A DNA stretch of 64,000 nucleotides. It comes from Schizochytrium sp. TIO01 (lineage: Eukaryota; Protista; Bigyra: Labyrinthulomycetes). The translations under genes and the position numbers were made by a program. The stretch covers positions 2,356,001-2,420,000 of the forward strand of contig SMSO01000035.1 of assembly GCA_004764695.1 (NCBI GenBank), read 5' to 3'. The notes under the pieces were generated by a model that saw only the letters and a program-made list of their open reading frames with translations, was not told the DNA's origin and did no database searches. Of this stretch, positions 32,316-45,245 are shown piece after piece. Each line of letters opens with the position of its first letter. Positions within the stretch are counted from its first letter, which is position 1.

Positions 32316-33171
32316 CTTGTCGGTTGGGAGAGAGAGAAGGCTCGGCCTGTGCTGTGCAGCAAGTGGGAATGAGTATAACTCGGGTTTGTACAAGGATACA
32401 GAAAGACAGAACTCGGCTCTGTTGGTGTTCTCTCTTTGAATACTGTTTGTTTGAAAGTTTGAATTTTTACTCTTCCCGTAGTCATCAAAAAGAAAAAAAA
32501 TCTATTTTAACAGTAAAATAAAACTTAAGAAATCAAATTAAATCATTTTTTAATTTTTACTGATTAAAAAATCCAAATCCCTCGCGAGGGTAGGTGGTGC
32601 ATACGGATTTCTACGTATGGCTGAGGCGTGGTGTGAAAGAAACAAAGCTTAGTCTCTTCCTTCAAAAAAGCACCCTTTCATCGACGTGGATGTGATCCCT
32701 GAGCGAAACATTTGAATAACAAATCAGCTTCTGATCTTACGCTCCGTATATTTCACCTGCTAAATGTAGAATCGCAATTTCATACCTCCATCAGTAACCC
32801 AATGCCATCTTCAAGAAGAAGAAGAAAAAAAAAAACAAAAAAACCTACCAATATCCGCCCTATTCATCCATGAACATTATTAGGCGGCTACTCATTCATT
32901 CATTTTCATTCCGTGTTAAGTTAAGTTTGTGTTGTGTTGTGTTGTGTTATCTTGTTTTGTTTTGTTTTTTCCCTCATGAATGTGAGACTTCGAATCTCTC
33001 GCATTTCTTCATCTGTCGCGCTCTTTCTGAGAGGGCCCTCCCTCTTCAGTGGTCTTCGATTCGCTCCCTCACGGCCCTCATACAGACAGAGCCCCTCTGT
33101 CTCCCCTCCTCCGCCTCTGCCTCTTTCCTTCCCCTCCTCCACTGCCTCCGCCTCTCTGCCTTTGGTCCTGC

Positions 33172-33397
33172 ACAAACAACAAACAAACAATAAACAAATA
33201 AACAAACAAACAAACAAACAAACAAACAAACAAACAAACAAACAAACAAACAAACAAACAAACAAACAAACAAACAAACAAACAAACAAACAAACAAACA
33301 AACAAACAAACAAACAAACAAACAAACAAACAAACAAACAAACAAACAAACAAACAAACAAACAAACAAACACATTCATTCATTCATTCATTCATTC
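33172..33397. repeat. Compound microsatellite: about 200 bp of (AAAC)n followed by (TTCA)n
   Basis: Visible directly in the sequence; it produces the spurious VCLF and TNKQ repeat ORFs. Confidence 0.97.
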
Positions 33398-34502
33398 CTT
33401 TCATCGATTGTGAATCATCGTGATCCTCGTGCTCCGCTGAGCTTAGCTTGGCTTAGCTCAGCCTAGCTTTCGATTTGTTTTTATTTGTTTTTATTTATTT
33501 ATTTACTCACTCATTCATTCATTCATTCATGCATGCATTTGTTGCGAGGTAGACATGAAAGATACTCAAAAGGATACAGAGTCCAAGAACAGAGGAGAGA
33601 ATCGTGATTAAAGCCCTTTCCATGCAATTAGTATGAATCGTGCCCGCATTGAAGGCGCCTGGCCAGCAGCTAGGCGCGGCTAAGGGTAAACTCGAGCTGT
33701 CAGATCGCTCGTAAGCCTGTGGCTTTTCTTTTCAGACCCTCCTTGTTTCCACCTACAAAGCCAAAGAAAGCATTCATACCATCCAAGGCAGCAGTGGTAC
33801 TACTCTATGGGAAAAGGGGGAAAAGCGCGAGAGAGGCCTTTTAAAACAAAATGAACAAAACTTTAAAAACAACCAAAAATGGCAAAAGTAAGACTGAGTA
33901 ACAGTAACACCAAAAAGCGCTGCGCCTGTTGTCGAAGCTTTGTTGCAACAGAGCGGAAGAAAGGCGATTGTTTCGATCCTTCCGTTGTCTTCAGCCCTCA
34001 GGGATGATTCGCAGAGGGCGGCGCAAAGGCGGCTCAGAGGGAGTAAGAAAGTAAGACAGACTCACAGACAGACAGACAGACTCACAGAGAGAGACGGAGA
34101 GAGAGACGGAGAGAGACGGAGAGAATGGGAGGGAATGAGAGAGCGCTTTTTCTTTGTCGCGGCCTTTCTCTCTCTCTCTCTCTCACACACACACACTGCT
34201 TCTTTCTCTTAGAACAGTTGAAATGAACGAGAGGTAACGATTTTCACTGATTTTCACTGATTTTCACCAATTGCCATTCATTCATTGATTCATTCACTCA
34301 CTCACTCATTTATTCATTCACTCTGAGTCATTCATACGCTTGGTCCATCGATGCTTTATCATAAAATTGATCCATGAAAGCTGTAAGCAAGGGCTGATAC
34401 AGGCTATCTCTGAATGACTCACATGCCTAATTCATAGTTCACAGTTCATTATTCATGTACCTACTAGCTAGTTCACTCAGAGAAGAAAGAAGAGAAGTGA
34501 GA

Positions 34503-34534
34503 GAAAGAAAAGAAAGAAAGAAAGAGAGAAAGAG

Positions 34535-34569
<35 letters not shown>

Positions 34570-34570
34570 A
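34503..34570. repeat. (GAAA)n/(GA)n microsatellite
   Basis: Visible directly in the sequence. Confidence 0.9.
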
Positions 34571-35264
34571 GAGCAGAGGGGGTGAGAGGTAAATCAGCAC
34601 CAATGCATAGCCAGCCACCTCCACGAGCGCCTCTCCGCCTCCCCATGCAGCTCAGAGGCACGCATCAACGCCTCCTCTACAGAAGAGGGGATCGGCTCGC
34701 ACATGAAAATGGACGGTGACCCTTTCCACTTTCCGGTTTTCTGGCCTCTCTTTCAGATTGCGAGTTTGTTTCCGGTTGGCCTCTTAGGGATAGGTACGTA
34801 CCCGCGTTATAGGTAGGTACCTTATGGAAATACATCTCTTCATCAAAGGCGCCTCCTACCACAAACACTAAGTTAGCCCGCTAAGCCACCCGCCAAGACA
34901 CATCCAGGGAGTCCTCTAGCTGTAAGCGCACCTTAGTCCCAACGGGAGCGGTACAGCCGGAACAGAACAGGTGTATAATTGAACGGAACAGAACGAATGG
35001 AACAGAACAGGACAAACAAACAAACAAACAAACAGACAAAGAGATAAACTTGTAGATAGGAGAAGAGAAAACGCACTCGCGCAGGGAAGCAGAGTCGATC
35101 ACGGGCAGGTAGAGAAGCCGAGAGGGTGCTCACAAAGGGCGCCTGAAAGGCAGTCAGGAGTGGGATGAGGCAGCTTCGCTCCGGTTTTCGACGGAGCAGA
35201 GAAGGTCTGAGCGGCATGAATGGAGATCTTTTCGCCATAGAAACCGACTAAGGTCGCGATCAGT

Positions 35265-35303
<39 letters not shown>
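35265..35303. repeat. (GAAA)n microsatellite
   Basis: Visible directly in the sequence. Confidence 0.9.
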
Positions 35304-35305
<2 letters not shown>

Positions 35306-38300
35306 CCTCATAATACTGCTTACGGCTCCTAGTCTCTTTCTGTTTTATTGTGATCATATAGTAGTCTTATTTTATTATTTAGTTTTAATTTTATTTATTT
35401 ATTTATCATTTGCTCATAAATATGTTTTTAATACTGTGTGCCTATGGGTGGAGCCGCGAGAAACGCGTTCGGGTAAGCGGAGAGGAGCTCGAGGAGGCTG
35501 CCTTATGGCTCCCTCCAGCCCTCTTCGCGCCTCAGCGGCCGGCCACGGGCTGGATTTATCGAGTGTTCTTGCGTTTATTCTTGGCGTTTTTGCTCTTGAC
35601 GCTCCTTTCTCTCTGCTTTTATAGCCCTTCGCTAGCGTTTTCTCTAGGGGTCCCTGCCTCTGCTTCTCTCTGAGGCTTCTCTCTTTCTTTTACTCTTGCG
35701 CTATAGAAGGCAAACTCCTCATCGTTTGTTGTTTGTTTGTCTCTTTGTTTGTTTGTTTAATTCTTTATTTCAAGACGATAAGATGTGAAAAATGAACATA
35801 AACAATCAAAGATCCTGGTATATATATATATATATATTTTCATGGAAATGCCTGTGTGGTTTCAATCAATCAGTCTGCAGCCCTTCGAAAGGAGGCCGAG
35901 GCGGGTGCTCAGAGGGCCTCCTCAGCGCTCAGCGGGCGTTCGCGGCGACGATAATTGATGGTTCATGCACTTCTTCTCAGGCGCCAAAGGACTGACGGGG
36001 CGTTTATTGGCTGGCGGCTGGAAAACAGAAGAGGATTACGCGACCTCGCCATCGCCCTTTCCTCGTAAACATTTGCCCAGTGCCCCCGTGTGCCCGCCCA
36101 TCTGCTCCCCGAAGTCGCGCTGGAAGCCGGAATACGGGGGCAGAGGGGGACAATAGCTAGATACGGCTGAGGTTGATTTCTCTCTCTTTCCCTTTCTTTC
36201 TTTCTTTGTTTTGTTCTATTTAGCGATCTTCTTCCTTAGGTTTAAAGACAGAGAGATTCGCCATTGCGACCTACTATTGCAAGTAGACTATAGGCCATTC
36301 TTCACTTTATGCGTCTTTTGTGAACTACTTCATAGCATGTGCAAACGAACAGCTTGATTATCTGAGATTAGAGTGACAATAGTTCTTTCTTTCTTCCCTT
36401 TTTTCGCTTGCTTTTTCGGTTGAAAGTCTGATCGATTTCTAGTTTGGCTGTCTGTTTCTTTGTGTATCTATCTGCTGTCCTGCGTAACCCTCTGGAGTGC
36501 GTTTGGGATGGGTGGATGGCCGCTCGAAGGGGCGAAAGGAGAGGCGAAGAGAGACAAAGGCGTCTTCTTCCGCAGGCGTTCCTTGCGTCGTAGGCAGCTT
36601 TATCCTGCCAAAACAAATAGCAGAAACATAAAACCTTTAAAAAGCCAAGCGGAATTCAGAGTGGACACATGTAATGAAGTGGCAGAAATCTGCAGAGGAA
36701 AAAAATCGAACGACTTGTTTTCTTTTCTTTTTCTTCTTTGCTTTTTACTTTTCTTTCTGTCCCGTTCTTTTCTGACCCGTTCTCCTATCCTTGGCAACTT
36801 GGCGCGTTCAACGCAGAGAAATTGCCGCCACTGCCGTGTAAACAAAGGGGAAAGAGCAGCGAATTCGCTTTGTGCACGAGATTGGTGCCGGGAGGCCTCG
36901 TCACGGAACAACTTGGCCCTCAAGGGGGTTTTATCGGCCTCATTGGTACGCAGTACTGCAAGCCTTAGCGACCTTGGATGAAATGACGGTCTTCGAAAGA
37001 ATAGATAATGTTTTTATTCGAGTTGTTTCATTTTATTGATTTTTTTTCAGTTTCTAGAGCTAAAATAGCATTTATACCCGAGTCTGAGAGAAGGCCTCCG
37101 CATTTTTCAATTAATTTTGATTAGAAGAAAGCTCCCTATCTATCATAGGCGTGATGGTAGGTGTTTAAGTTTTATTATTTTCCTATCACCTTGCGATCAA
37201 GTAGTGAATGAATCGTGGCGAATGGATTTGCATGCTGCTATCATACTATCATAGGTGGAATTATTGAAAACCATAGTAAGTAAGCAATATAAATAAACTA
37301 ATGGGCGCCTTTTTTCCCAACGCTCCTTCCTGCTGAGACTCTTTGAAAAGAAGATAGTCTCTCTCTTTACTTATTATTTCGCATACCTCGTGGGCTAAAT
37401 CCTACCAGTCAGCCATCTCGCGTAGCAACTATGCCTCTATACGGTGCCTCCTATGCTCGCACCTAATACCTGCGTACGTACTTTGCATGAGCAAACAAAA
37501 TCAATTTGGAGGTGAAAGAAAGCTGTTTTAGTATTATAATATGTGCATGGATGAAAAATCTTACTTCTTGGAGCTTCTCCAAATGAAGATCAAGCGCTGC
37601 GGGCCAAATAAAGCCCTCTTCGTCGTCAAGAATTCCACGGTTGGAGCCTCAGGTGGGCCCTAACGAAGAGCTTTGGCACAGGCAAAGCGGGAAGAGCGCA
37701 GACTTGAAGTTTTTTTGCTCGCTCGCAAACCTTCTCTGAGGTTTTGTTTAGACGCACGCGGCGGATAATGCGGCACATAGAGGAAACGGTAAGCCCTTGG
37801 AGGCGAACTCACCAGTCAGGGAACTCGTAAGTCAAGAGATAAAGAACGGTACTGGAACGTTCTGGAGGGGTGCCGAGGTTGGTCTGTGGAGGCTTTAGGG
37901 GCTTAGAGGCCAGCGTACAAAACTCAGTACCTGACTAGATAGTGGCGCAAGCAAAACTCGGGTGTAGAATTGACGTTGGAGCTCTGCACTCCGACGGATG
38001 GCGAGAAGGCTATAAAGATATCTTCGTTTTGGAGGTCGATTTCTTGGATAGTATATAGTAAGTTGGAATATCCTCGAAGAATGAATGTAACTAGCTAGCT
38101 AGCACTGAGACCAGCTTTGTTACCTAGCTACCTTGAGTGGAGCCTGATACTTGGGAAGGTGTAAGACCAATGGCGAAATGTGCATATCTAATATTATTTA
38201 TTAGTACAACTGTGATTAACTTGTGAAAAAGTAACGTTAAACATAACAAAAAAAATACGCCTTTGAAAACAATCCGTAGGCTTTGACGTTAGCCGACTAA

Positions 38301-39221
38301 GATTGCAAGGAGTTATCTATCGTCATTGGAAACACATAAATAGCAATGAAAGGTCTTTCTCTTCCTTTCTTTTCCTTTCTTTTCATTTCCTTTCCTTTCC
38401 TAGAACGCAAATGAACCTAGCCTATCATGACGATGGAAACCTCGGATTCGTAAAAATGTGAGTGTGCTTTCCTGCAGACCTCTCAAAATAGGTAGTATCT
38501 GGTTACTTTAAATCGTCCCTTTGAGAAAAAGAACGAACACTCATAGTATAACATCTTGAAAACGCCATGAACAAACAAAAGGATGAGTCCCAAAGACACT
38601 TAAGCTCAGGATTTATGCTGGTTCTTCACCAACAAAGTCCACTCTTTCCCTATACTCATGTTGTGGCTAAAAATGAGACTTGGGGAATTTGGTTGCTCAT
38701 AACCTATGGCCACTAGAACACGAGTACCAGTGTTTTGTCTTCACTTGGCCCCGATTGGACGAAGAAATCATACTCGCACTGCTCCTCCCTGGTCCCAAGA
38801 GTGCTGTACGTCTCTAGGTACTACCAGTACAAGCTACTACATATGTTACTTACCTATGTAAGTAGTAATTCGTACGTACTAGCTAACCCTCCTTTTCAAT
38901 ACTACCCTGAGGTCTCGTACATTATGCGCAAGAGTTGCAGGGTAGCAGTACTTCCTTCCCTGCGACCTGGGGACAAGAAGGTCTGCGAGACAGCGGCAGG
39001 ATTGTTTGGTTCAAAGCAACCTTGGTCGTTGCAGATATTTTAGCTTAAACCCCGGTTCTTGGCGAGAAAGGCCTCGAAAGTTGAACTCATCAGCTTCAAA
39101 GATTGGGATAGATCAGATTGAGGCCACCGCCATACTTGTATCTTTCTGTTCATTCATCCATAGAAATATCTAAAGACTGAATAACTATTCTTGAAGAGCC
39201 TTGGTGTGCCACGAATATAAC

Positions 39222-41087
39222 ATGTGGACTACAGGTGTTGTCATTGTGCTGTGCTTGGCAATTGGAATCAGTCTTGTGAGTTTAGTGAAAGAACAAGACT
39301 TAAGGCATGACGGAACCTTTGACATTGAACTGTTTGACACATCCTATGACCTTGTCACCGTTGACGCACCGGTTCTCTCGGGTTGGCCATTGGAAATCTT
39401 TGCCAAAATTGCAACTCGGTCCCCCCTGAGTCCACTGATCATGAGGTTTCTCATCAATGATCACAAACTTCATCTTGTGAGAGATTTTGCTGCACAGATA
39501 CCGGAGATGCCACCATTGTATTATCCCATGAAGCGTCTCACAAGTGAGGCCAAAGCTCAGTTGGAGGCCGAGTTGTCCTCTGAGCTTGAAAGGAACGCCC
39601 TCCAGGCAGGACTGGGCCCAACGTCTGAAGCAAGCGCTGCTGGTTACTTTACAATCCAAGATTACTTTGAAGCTTATTCAGGAAAACGCATGACCCCTAC
39701 AGATGCCATGGAGGCGGTGATTCGCGGTGCCGAACGCCTCGATGAAAAGCTGCGCATTTTCTCTTCTTTTCACAAAGAGGACGTGCTGGACCAGGCACGT
39801 GAATCGGAGGCGCGTTGGAAAGCTGGCAAGCCGCTCAGTGTCATGGATGGTGTTCCTGTAGTTATCAAGGATATGATTAATGTTAAAGGACACAATATTT
39901 ACAACGGAGGTAGCGTACCTGTAATGGCCGAAGTTGATGATGAGATTGTAAGACGCCTGCGGGCACACGGAGCGATTATTTTTGGCGTAACGGTCATGAC
40001 GGAAGGTGGTGTTACTCCTCTCGGCTACAATGCCCATTTTGATGGACCATTCAACCCTTATAATATGACGTACTACTCTGGGGGTAGCTCAAGTGGGAAT
40101 GCAGTCGCAGTTGCAGCGGGACTAGTTCCTGTTTCCATTGGGTTTGACGGAGGTGGTAGTATTCGTCTGCCGTCAGCCATGTCGGGGATCTTTGGGTTGG
40201 CAACAGGGTTTGCGCGCATCCCCTTTGATCTTGCACTTGGCTGCACAATGATTAAGGCTGGTCCCATGGCGGCTTCTGCCGCTGATGCCGCAATCACATA
40301 TGCTGCCATCGCAGATCAGCCTTCCCCAGATCACTTTTATGCCCAAATCTACGACGGTGGAGACCAAAGTATGCCTTCTCCAACGTTGGCAAAGGTAACC
40401 CAAATAGACGATCTCAAGGATGTGAGAATTGGGGTTTACTGGGAGTGGTTTGAAGATGCAGACGATGAAGTTGTACGCAAATGTAAAGATGCTTTAGGTA
40501 AACTTGTGGAACTTGGCGCCACGGTGGTCAATATTACCATCCCGCACCTCCGTATCATGAGTATGGCCCATTCAACAAAGATCTCCTCCGAATTTGCTCT
40601 ATTTTGGGATATGCCTTCTGTCAACAAAAATCACAAGCTCGAAGCTAACACTGCAATCACTGTTGCGCTTGGTAAGGCCTTCACCGCAACTGAAATTCTA
40701 GCTGGCCAGGTTGTGCGAAATTGGGCCATGCATGAGGTGGAACAGCTTTATGCTGAAAATGACCTCGATGTAATCATGTCACCAACCATGGGTAACAGGG
40801 TTCCAGAAATCCCTAAAACTGCCATGGGCACTGGTGAAAACAACACCCCTCTCGTCTTGCAGGTTATGAAATACATATTCCTTGCTAACCTTCTTGGTTT
40901 ACCTGGTATGGCAACCCCTGTTGGATATGACACCAAAGGACTCCCGATCAGTGCGCATGTTATGGCACCGCACTGGCGTGAGCACCAAGTCCTTAGACTG
41001 TCCATGGCACTTGAGAAATATTTTCTTCATCGCAAATCACCTGCCCAAGATCTCTTCTTCAACCTACGGGACGAACTAAATAATTAG
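39222..41087 (+). CDS. Amidase signature family enzyme, fatty acid amide hydrolase (plant FAAH-like)
   Basis: N-terminal TM anchor and Ser-cisSer-Lys triad motifs DGVPVVIKD, GGSSSGNA, IGFDGGGSIRLPS; ANLLGLPG and PVGYD..GLPI. First ATG is at 39222. Confidence 0.9.
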   Translation: MWTTGVVIVLCLAIGISLVSLVKEQDLRHDGTFDIELFDTSYDLVTVDAPVLSGWPLEIFAKIATRSPLSPLIMRFLINDHKLHLVRDFAAQIPEMPPLYYPMKRLTSEAKAQLEAELSSELERNALQAGLGPTSEASAAGYFTIQDYFEAYSGKRMTPTDAMEAVIRGAERLDEKLRIFSSFHKEDVLDQARESEARWKAGKPLSVMDGVPVVIKDMINVKGHNIYNGGSVPVMAEVDDEIVRRLRAHGAIIFGVTVMTEGGVTPLGYNAHFDGPFNPYNMTYYSGGSSSGNAVAVAAGLVPVSIGFDGGGSIRLPSAMSGIFGLATGFARIPFDLALGCTMIKAGPMAASAADAAITYAAIADQPSPDHFYAQIYDGGDQSMPSPTLAKVTQIDDLKDVRIGVYWEWFEDADDEVVRKCKDALGKLVELGATVVNITIPHLRIMSMAHSTKISSEFALFWDMPSVNKNHKLEANTAITVALGKAFTATEILAGQVVRNWAMHEVEQLYAENDLDVIMSPTMGNRVPEIPKTAMGTGENNTPLVLQVMKYIFLANLLGLPGMATPVGYDTKGLPISAHVMAPHWREHQVLRLSMALEKYFLHRKSPAQDLFFNLRDELNN

Positions 41088-41477
41088 AATCCCATTTATT
41101 GGTTTCGAACTGAATAATCTCGAGCTGATTGCCCTGATATTGTTGTTGCTGATGCGTACTCGTTCACTTCGGGGACACTTTCACGTGAAAACATATGCTT
41201 CCTGTTTGAAATTATGAAATGATCTAAACCTTGCAACACAGCATGTGTCAAGAGTATTAACATCATTCTTCTTCGTCTGAACAACGATAGTTGAGAAATC
41301 AAATTGCACATTTCATTTAGTTTAATTGAAAAGATAAATCGAAGTCGAGACAAAGGAATCGAAGAATTGAATCTCTTAGAAACACGTATGAAGAATTGCA
41401 AAGCTTGTCGAATTCAGATTGGTCATTCTTGGTATCGCAACGTTTGAATATGAAAAACTTTTTTTAAGGGACTGTAT

Positions 41478-44187
41478 TTAATGACCAAAGCCATCCGAAA
41501 GTTCTGATCCTTCCTCTTCGTCTTGCTCCTCATCACCTTCTGCGATGTCATCCTCGTCTCCTAGACTGCTCGCATCATCCTGGAACCTTTGCGCAAGATT
41601 CTCGAACTGATTTACAGACTGAATTCGCCCAAGCAATTTGCTCTCCAGCTGCAAGTTCGTAGGAGATCGCATCATACTTCCGGGTTGATTCGCAGAGTTG
41701 TTATTGCTTGTCGCCTTGGTATCCAAACTCTGCGGGGGGCTCTGCGCACTTGTAAAAGCGCCGCCTGGGGCTTCGTCAAGATCTTGCTCAAAGCTATTCT
41801 GTCGGAAGACAGAGTATGAAGAAACCCGACTCATCGGAATGCCGTTGGCATCACGAACATTGGGTCCGCCTCGGGCGGATCCTGCAGACGTTGAGAAATT
41901 TTCGTGATTGTCCGAAATCAAACGGTGTGGTCCAGGTGGGTCGATTGCCACAGAACGAATGAAGCTCTCGGTACGAGGCACCTGACCACCACGCATGTTA
42001 TTGCAGCGACGCTCCTGCATCTTGCGTTCTAAACGAGCGATCTGCGCCTGCATAGCATGTACACAGTCATCAAGCATGAACTCAACCATGCAACGACGGC
42101 GAATGCTTTGCAACTTCGGCCAGGTGATGCGCTCACCATCTTTGATTGCCTGGGCGTACTCCTCTTCTGTTGGATTTTGTAGAAGGGTAAAGAAGTCGCG
42201 CGTCCGAACGCGAGGGAAAATCGTGACATCACCAGAGTATTTTTGAGTCAAGACGGGAATCAAACCCCGCAATGGCTTAAAGATGGTGCTTTTGAGACCA
42301 AGACTTGCAGCATGTTTGAGGTAACTCCGACTTTGGTCTCGTGCAAACTGAGTAAGGCGGCCCATGCTTGCAAGGAATCGGCGATCTAAAGAAGAAAGCT
42401 CCTCAAGATCATTGTGATCATGCGGTGCAAGAATGGCTCCATGCGGATTTACTTGGGAGCAAATCGAATGATTCATATTAAAAAGTTCAGAGAGACGTTC
42501 CATGGGAAGGTCGCTTTCTAGAGATCCATCGATCCAGCGCAAACCAGCAGGGTTGTACGGTTCCAGGGTTCCCTTCCAAGGTTTTCACCATGAGAGTCAC
42601 AGGTGCGAAAACACCAGGAATGCAACAGCTTGCGCACGATGCAGACCATAGGGTTACGTAAGGAGCTGTCAAGTAGTTAAGAAGGTTAGGCACTTCACGA
42701 TCACCACCGTGCGGGGTGACGGTAATATTTACAATACGCCCGGTGCGGTCAAATGCCTCTTGAAAAGTCATATCCCCCACAATATTGCGGATTGCAGTCT
42801 TCAAAACATCAATATCCAAAAGAGTCTTGGAGTCAATCCATCGGGGCAGCAATTTGCGGAGAATCATAATGTACGACGGAAAAGGCGGGGGAAGAAGCAT
42901 CAGGAGTGTACCAAGAAGCCCATTACCGCCATTCTCTTCGTTTGTAAAAGCTGCCAGCAGCGAGTTTTTGATATAATCAGGGGGCTCTTCGCCTTTAAGC
43001 ATGGCTTGCAAACCCACATCAATCGAATCTGAACGACCGAAGAAACGGAGGTTCATTTGCTCCGGGTCAAAGAGCTGAGCGCGAATTTCATCATCATTCT
43101 TACACGCGAGTACCGCAGCAATGATAGAGCCTGCCGAACTTCCTGAAATTACCCGAGGAAGTAAGCGATGCTCCAAGAGAGTCTTCACAACACCAACATG
43201 ATAGAGTCCCATCCTTGCACCACCAGATAGCAAGAGGGCTGACCTCCCAAAAGAGTGCCGAGTTTCAACAAAAAAGTCGAGGCGGTTCCGAGCCCTGGCA
43301 AGTTTTTCTTCAATGCTCATGGGCTGCTCAGAGAATGGAGATTGTGCACGAATATGAGAGCTGAGCTCTTCGCCATTATCGTCCATTTCAATCTCGGGCG
43401 TCTCTACAGGATCAGCGGCACCATCGTCATCAACATGCGGCCTCTCGTTCGAGTCATCATCAAGCACAAGATCTTCAAGAGCATCAGGAATTTGGCCGGT
43501 TGCAATTAGACCAAATGCACAGCAGACGATGGAGACATACCGCTGCATTGCCTGGCGCACAAGAGGATGAAATTGGTCGTGACCAAAGTGCTTTCGAAGC
43601 AAGTCGCTCCGTAGCTCGAACTGTAATCTGCGAACATCATTCCTGCGAATGAAAGTGCGGTATCGCTCCACTTTACCCGTGAGCTGAGCCACAATCTTTT
43701 TCTGTGTATCATCAAGAGGTTCATGGGCAGACCCGAGGATGATAAGAAACTCTTTTTCTGCAGCTCGATATTCGCAGTACGATTGTGCCTCAGACATTTT
43801 CTTGCGAAAATGTGCGAGATCGCGGCCATATTTTGTAAGCGTGAGCACCTTCGCGCGAAACTTTTTGTAGAAATATCCACCACCCTGGTATAAAGATTGA
43901 AATAAAATAGCAACGGCTACGCTGCGGAACATAATTTCGGGGTAGAAGACGATTTTGAGCAGACGGACAATGTAGATAGCCACTCGGATTGTGAGATCCA
44001 CGAGCAATGGACGACCCAAATTCCGCGCAGGAAGTTTGAAATCATCGACAGTGAGACCGCAGAAAAACAGCGTCGTTTTCATATGCAAACGTGCCAGTGA
44101 CGAGAGAGCGGATGCGAGGTTTGCCACAAGCCGGACCGGCGCTAGGACCGGGGTCGTCGAGATCCGCGCCTGATCGTAGTGTCCCAT
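41478..44187 (-). CDS. Patatin-like triacylglycerol lipase (SDP1/TGL3-5 family); apparent +1 frameshift at about 42570
   Basis: RHSFGRSALLLSGGARMGLYH.GV, ISGSSAGS nucleophile, TFQEAFDRTGRIVNITV, LLNYLTAP, then RWIDGS..DLP..RLSELFN..SQVNPH in the second frame. Deleting one base restores TLEGTLEPYNPAGLRW. First ATG is at 44187. Confidence 0.88.
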
Positions 44188-45162
44188 GGTGTCCAACGTC
44201 AATTTCCCCGCAACTCTGCAGAAGAACTCCACGAGTTAGCCAAGAAAAAGGGTCAGACCCGAGCGAGAACGACCCAGCCTCCGGCCTCACAAAGCCGAGT
44301 GTCGCACCAAGGGGTAGGCGTCCTGCTGGCGGCGGCGGCGGCGGCAGCGGCGGTGATCCCTTTTTGCTCGTCTGCCAGCCGGAGCAATTCCGCAGAAAGT
44401 AGCACTAAGCTGGTTCTACCTGCTGCTACAACTCCTCAAAAAGAAAAGAAAAGAAAAGAAAAGTAAAAAGAAAAAGAAAAAGAGAAAGTATAGTTTGCAT
44501 TCACTTTTTAGTTTCTATGATTGATTGTTTGATTGATCTATTAATGCATTGATCTATTGATGTATTGATGTACTGATTACTCCGAATATTGATTTCTTAT
44601 CAATCTCATCTTCACATCGGTACCTTGATTGATGACACTTCTGCTCGACCATTTCACCAATCGAGGTCTAATGACCCTCTGCACGTCGAGCACGAACAGA
44701 TAAGTTTCGAGAAACCGAAGCAGCGGCCACAGCAGCTTCTTCCTCGCCTGCAGGGCCTCGTTTCCAGGCTCATTCATGCTGAGTCACGAAGAGCAACAGA
44801 CCGACAGATGCGTGCATAGATAGGCACGCCGTACCGAACTGTAAAAGACAGACACACAAACAGACAAACAAGGATCGATAGTTAACGCAGATAGATAGTC
44901 GCATCGCATTCCTCTTTCAGAGTTCTTCGGCTCTCGAGACACCACAGGGAGGGAGGGGGAGGGTTCAACCTCCTCAAGCTCGACCGCAACTTCAGCTGCA
45001 AATCGCGTCACCGCCCGTTTTCCACACAGCAGGGGAGACCTCGACCCCCCGCTCCCGAAGACGAGCTTTCTTCGACATCCACCTTCAGCAGAGCGAATCA
45101 GCCACGCTCTGAAGGCCTCATCTTCGCACGAACAGACGGATTCTGGTGACGATGAATTTGTC

Positions 45163-45245
45163 AAATGTCAAATGTTAAATGTTAAATGTTAAATGTTAAA
45201 TGTTAAATGTTAAATGTTGTAATGTTAAATGTTGTAATGCAATGT
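45163..45245. repeat. Heptamer tandem repeat (AATGTTA)n, followed by (GTA)n tracts to about 45420
   Basis: Visible directly in the sequence. Confidence 0.85.

Noticed and set aside
31805-32439. Ser-rich, Thr-rich and Arg/His-rich overlapping ORFs
   Set aside because: Alternative-frame and antisense shadows of the GAC/GAG-rich acidic protein gene.
32870-33413. ORFs with VCLF and TNKQ repeats
   Set aside because: They are translations of the (AAAC)n microsatellite.
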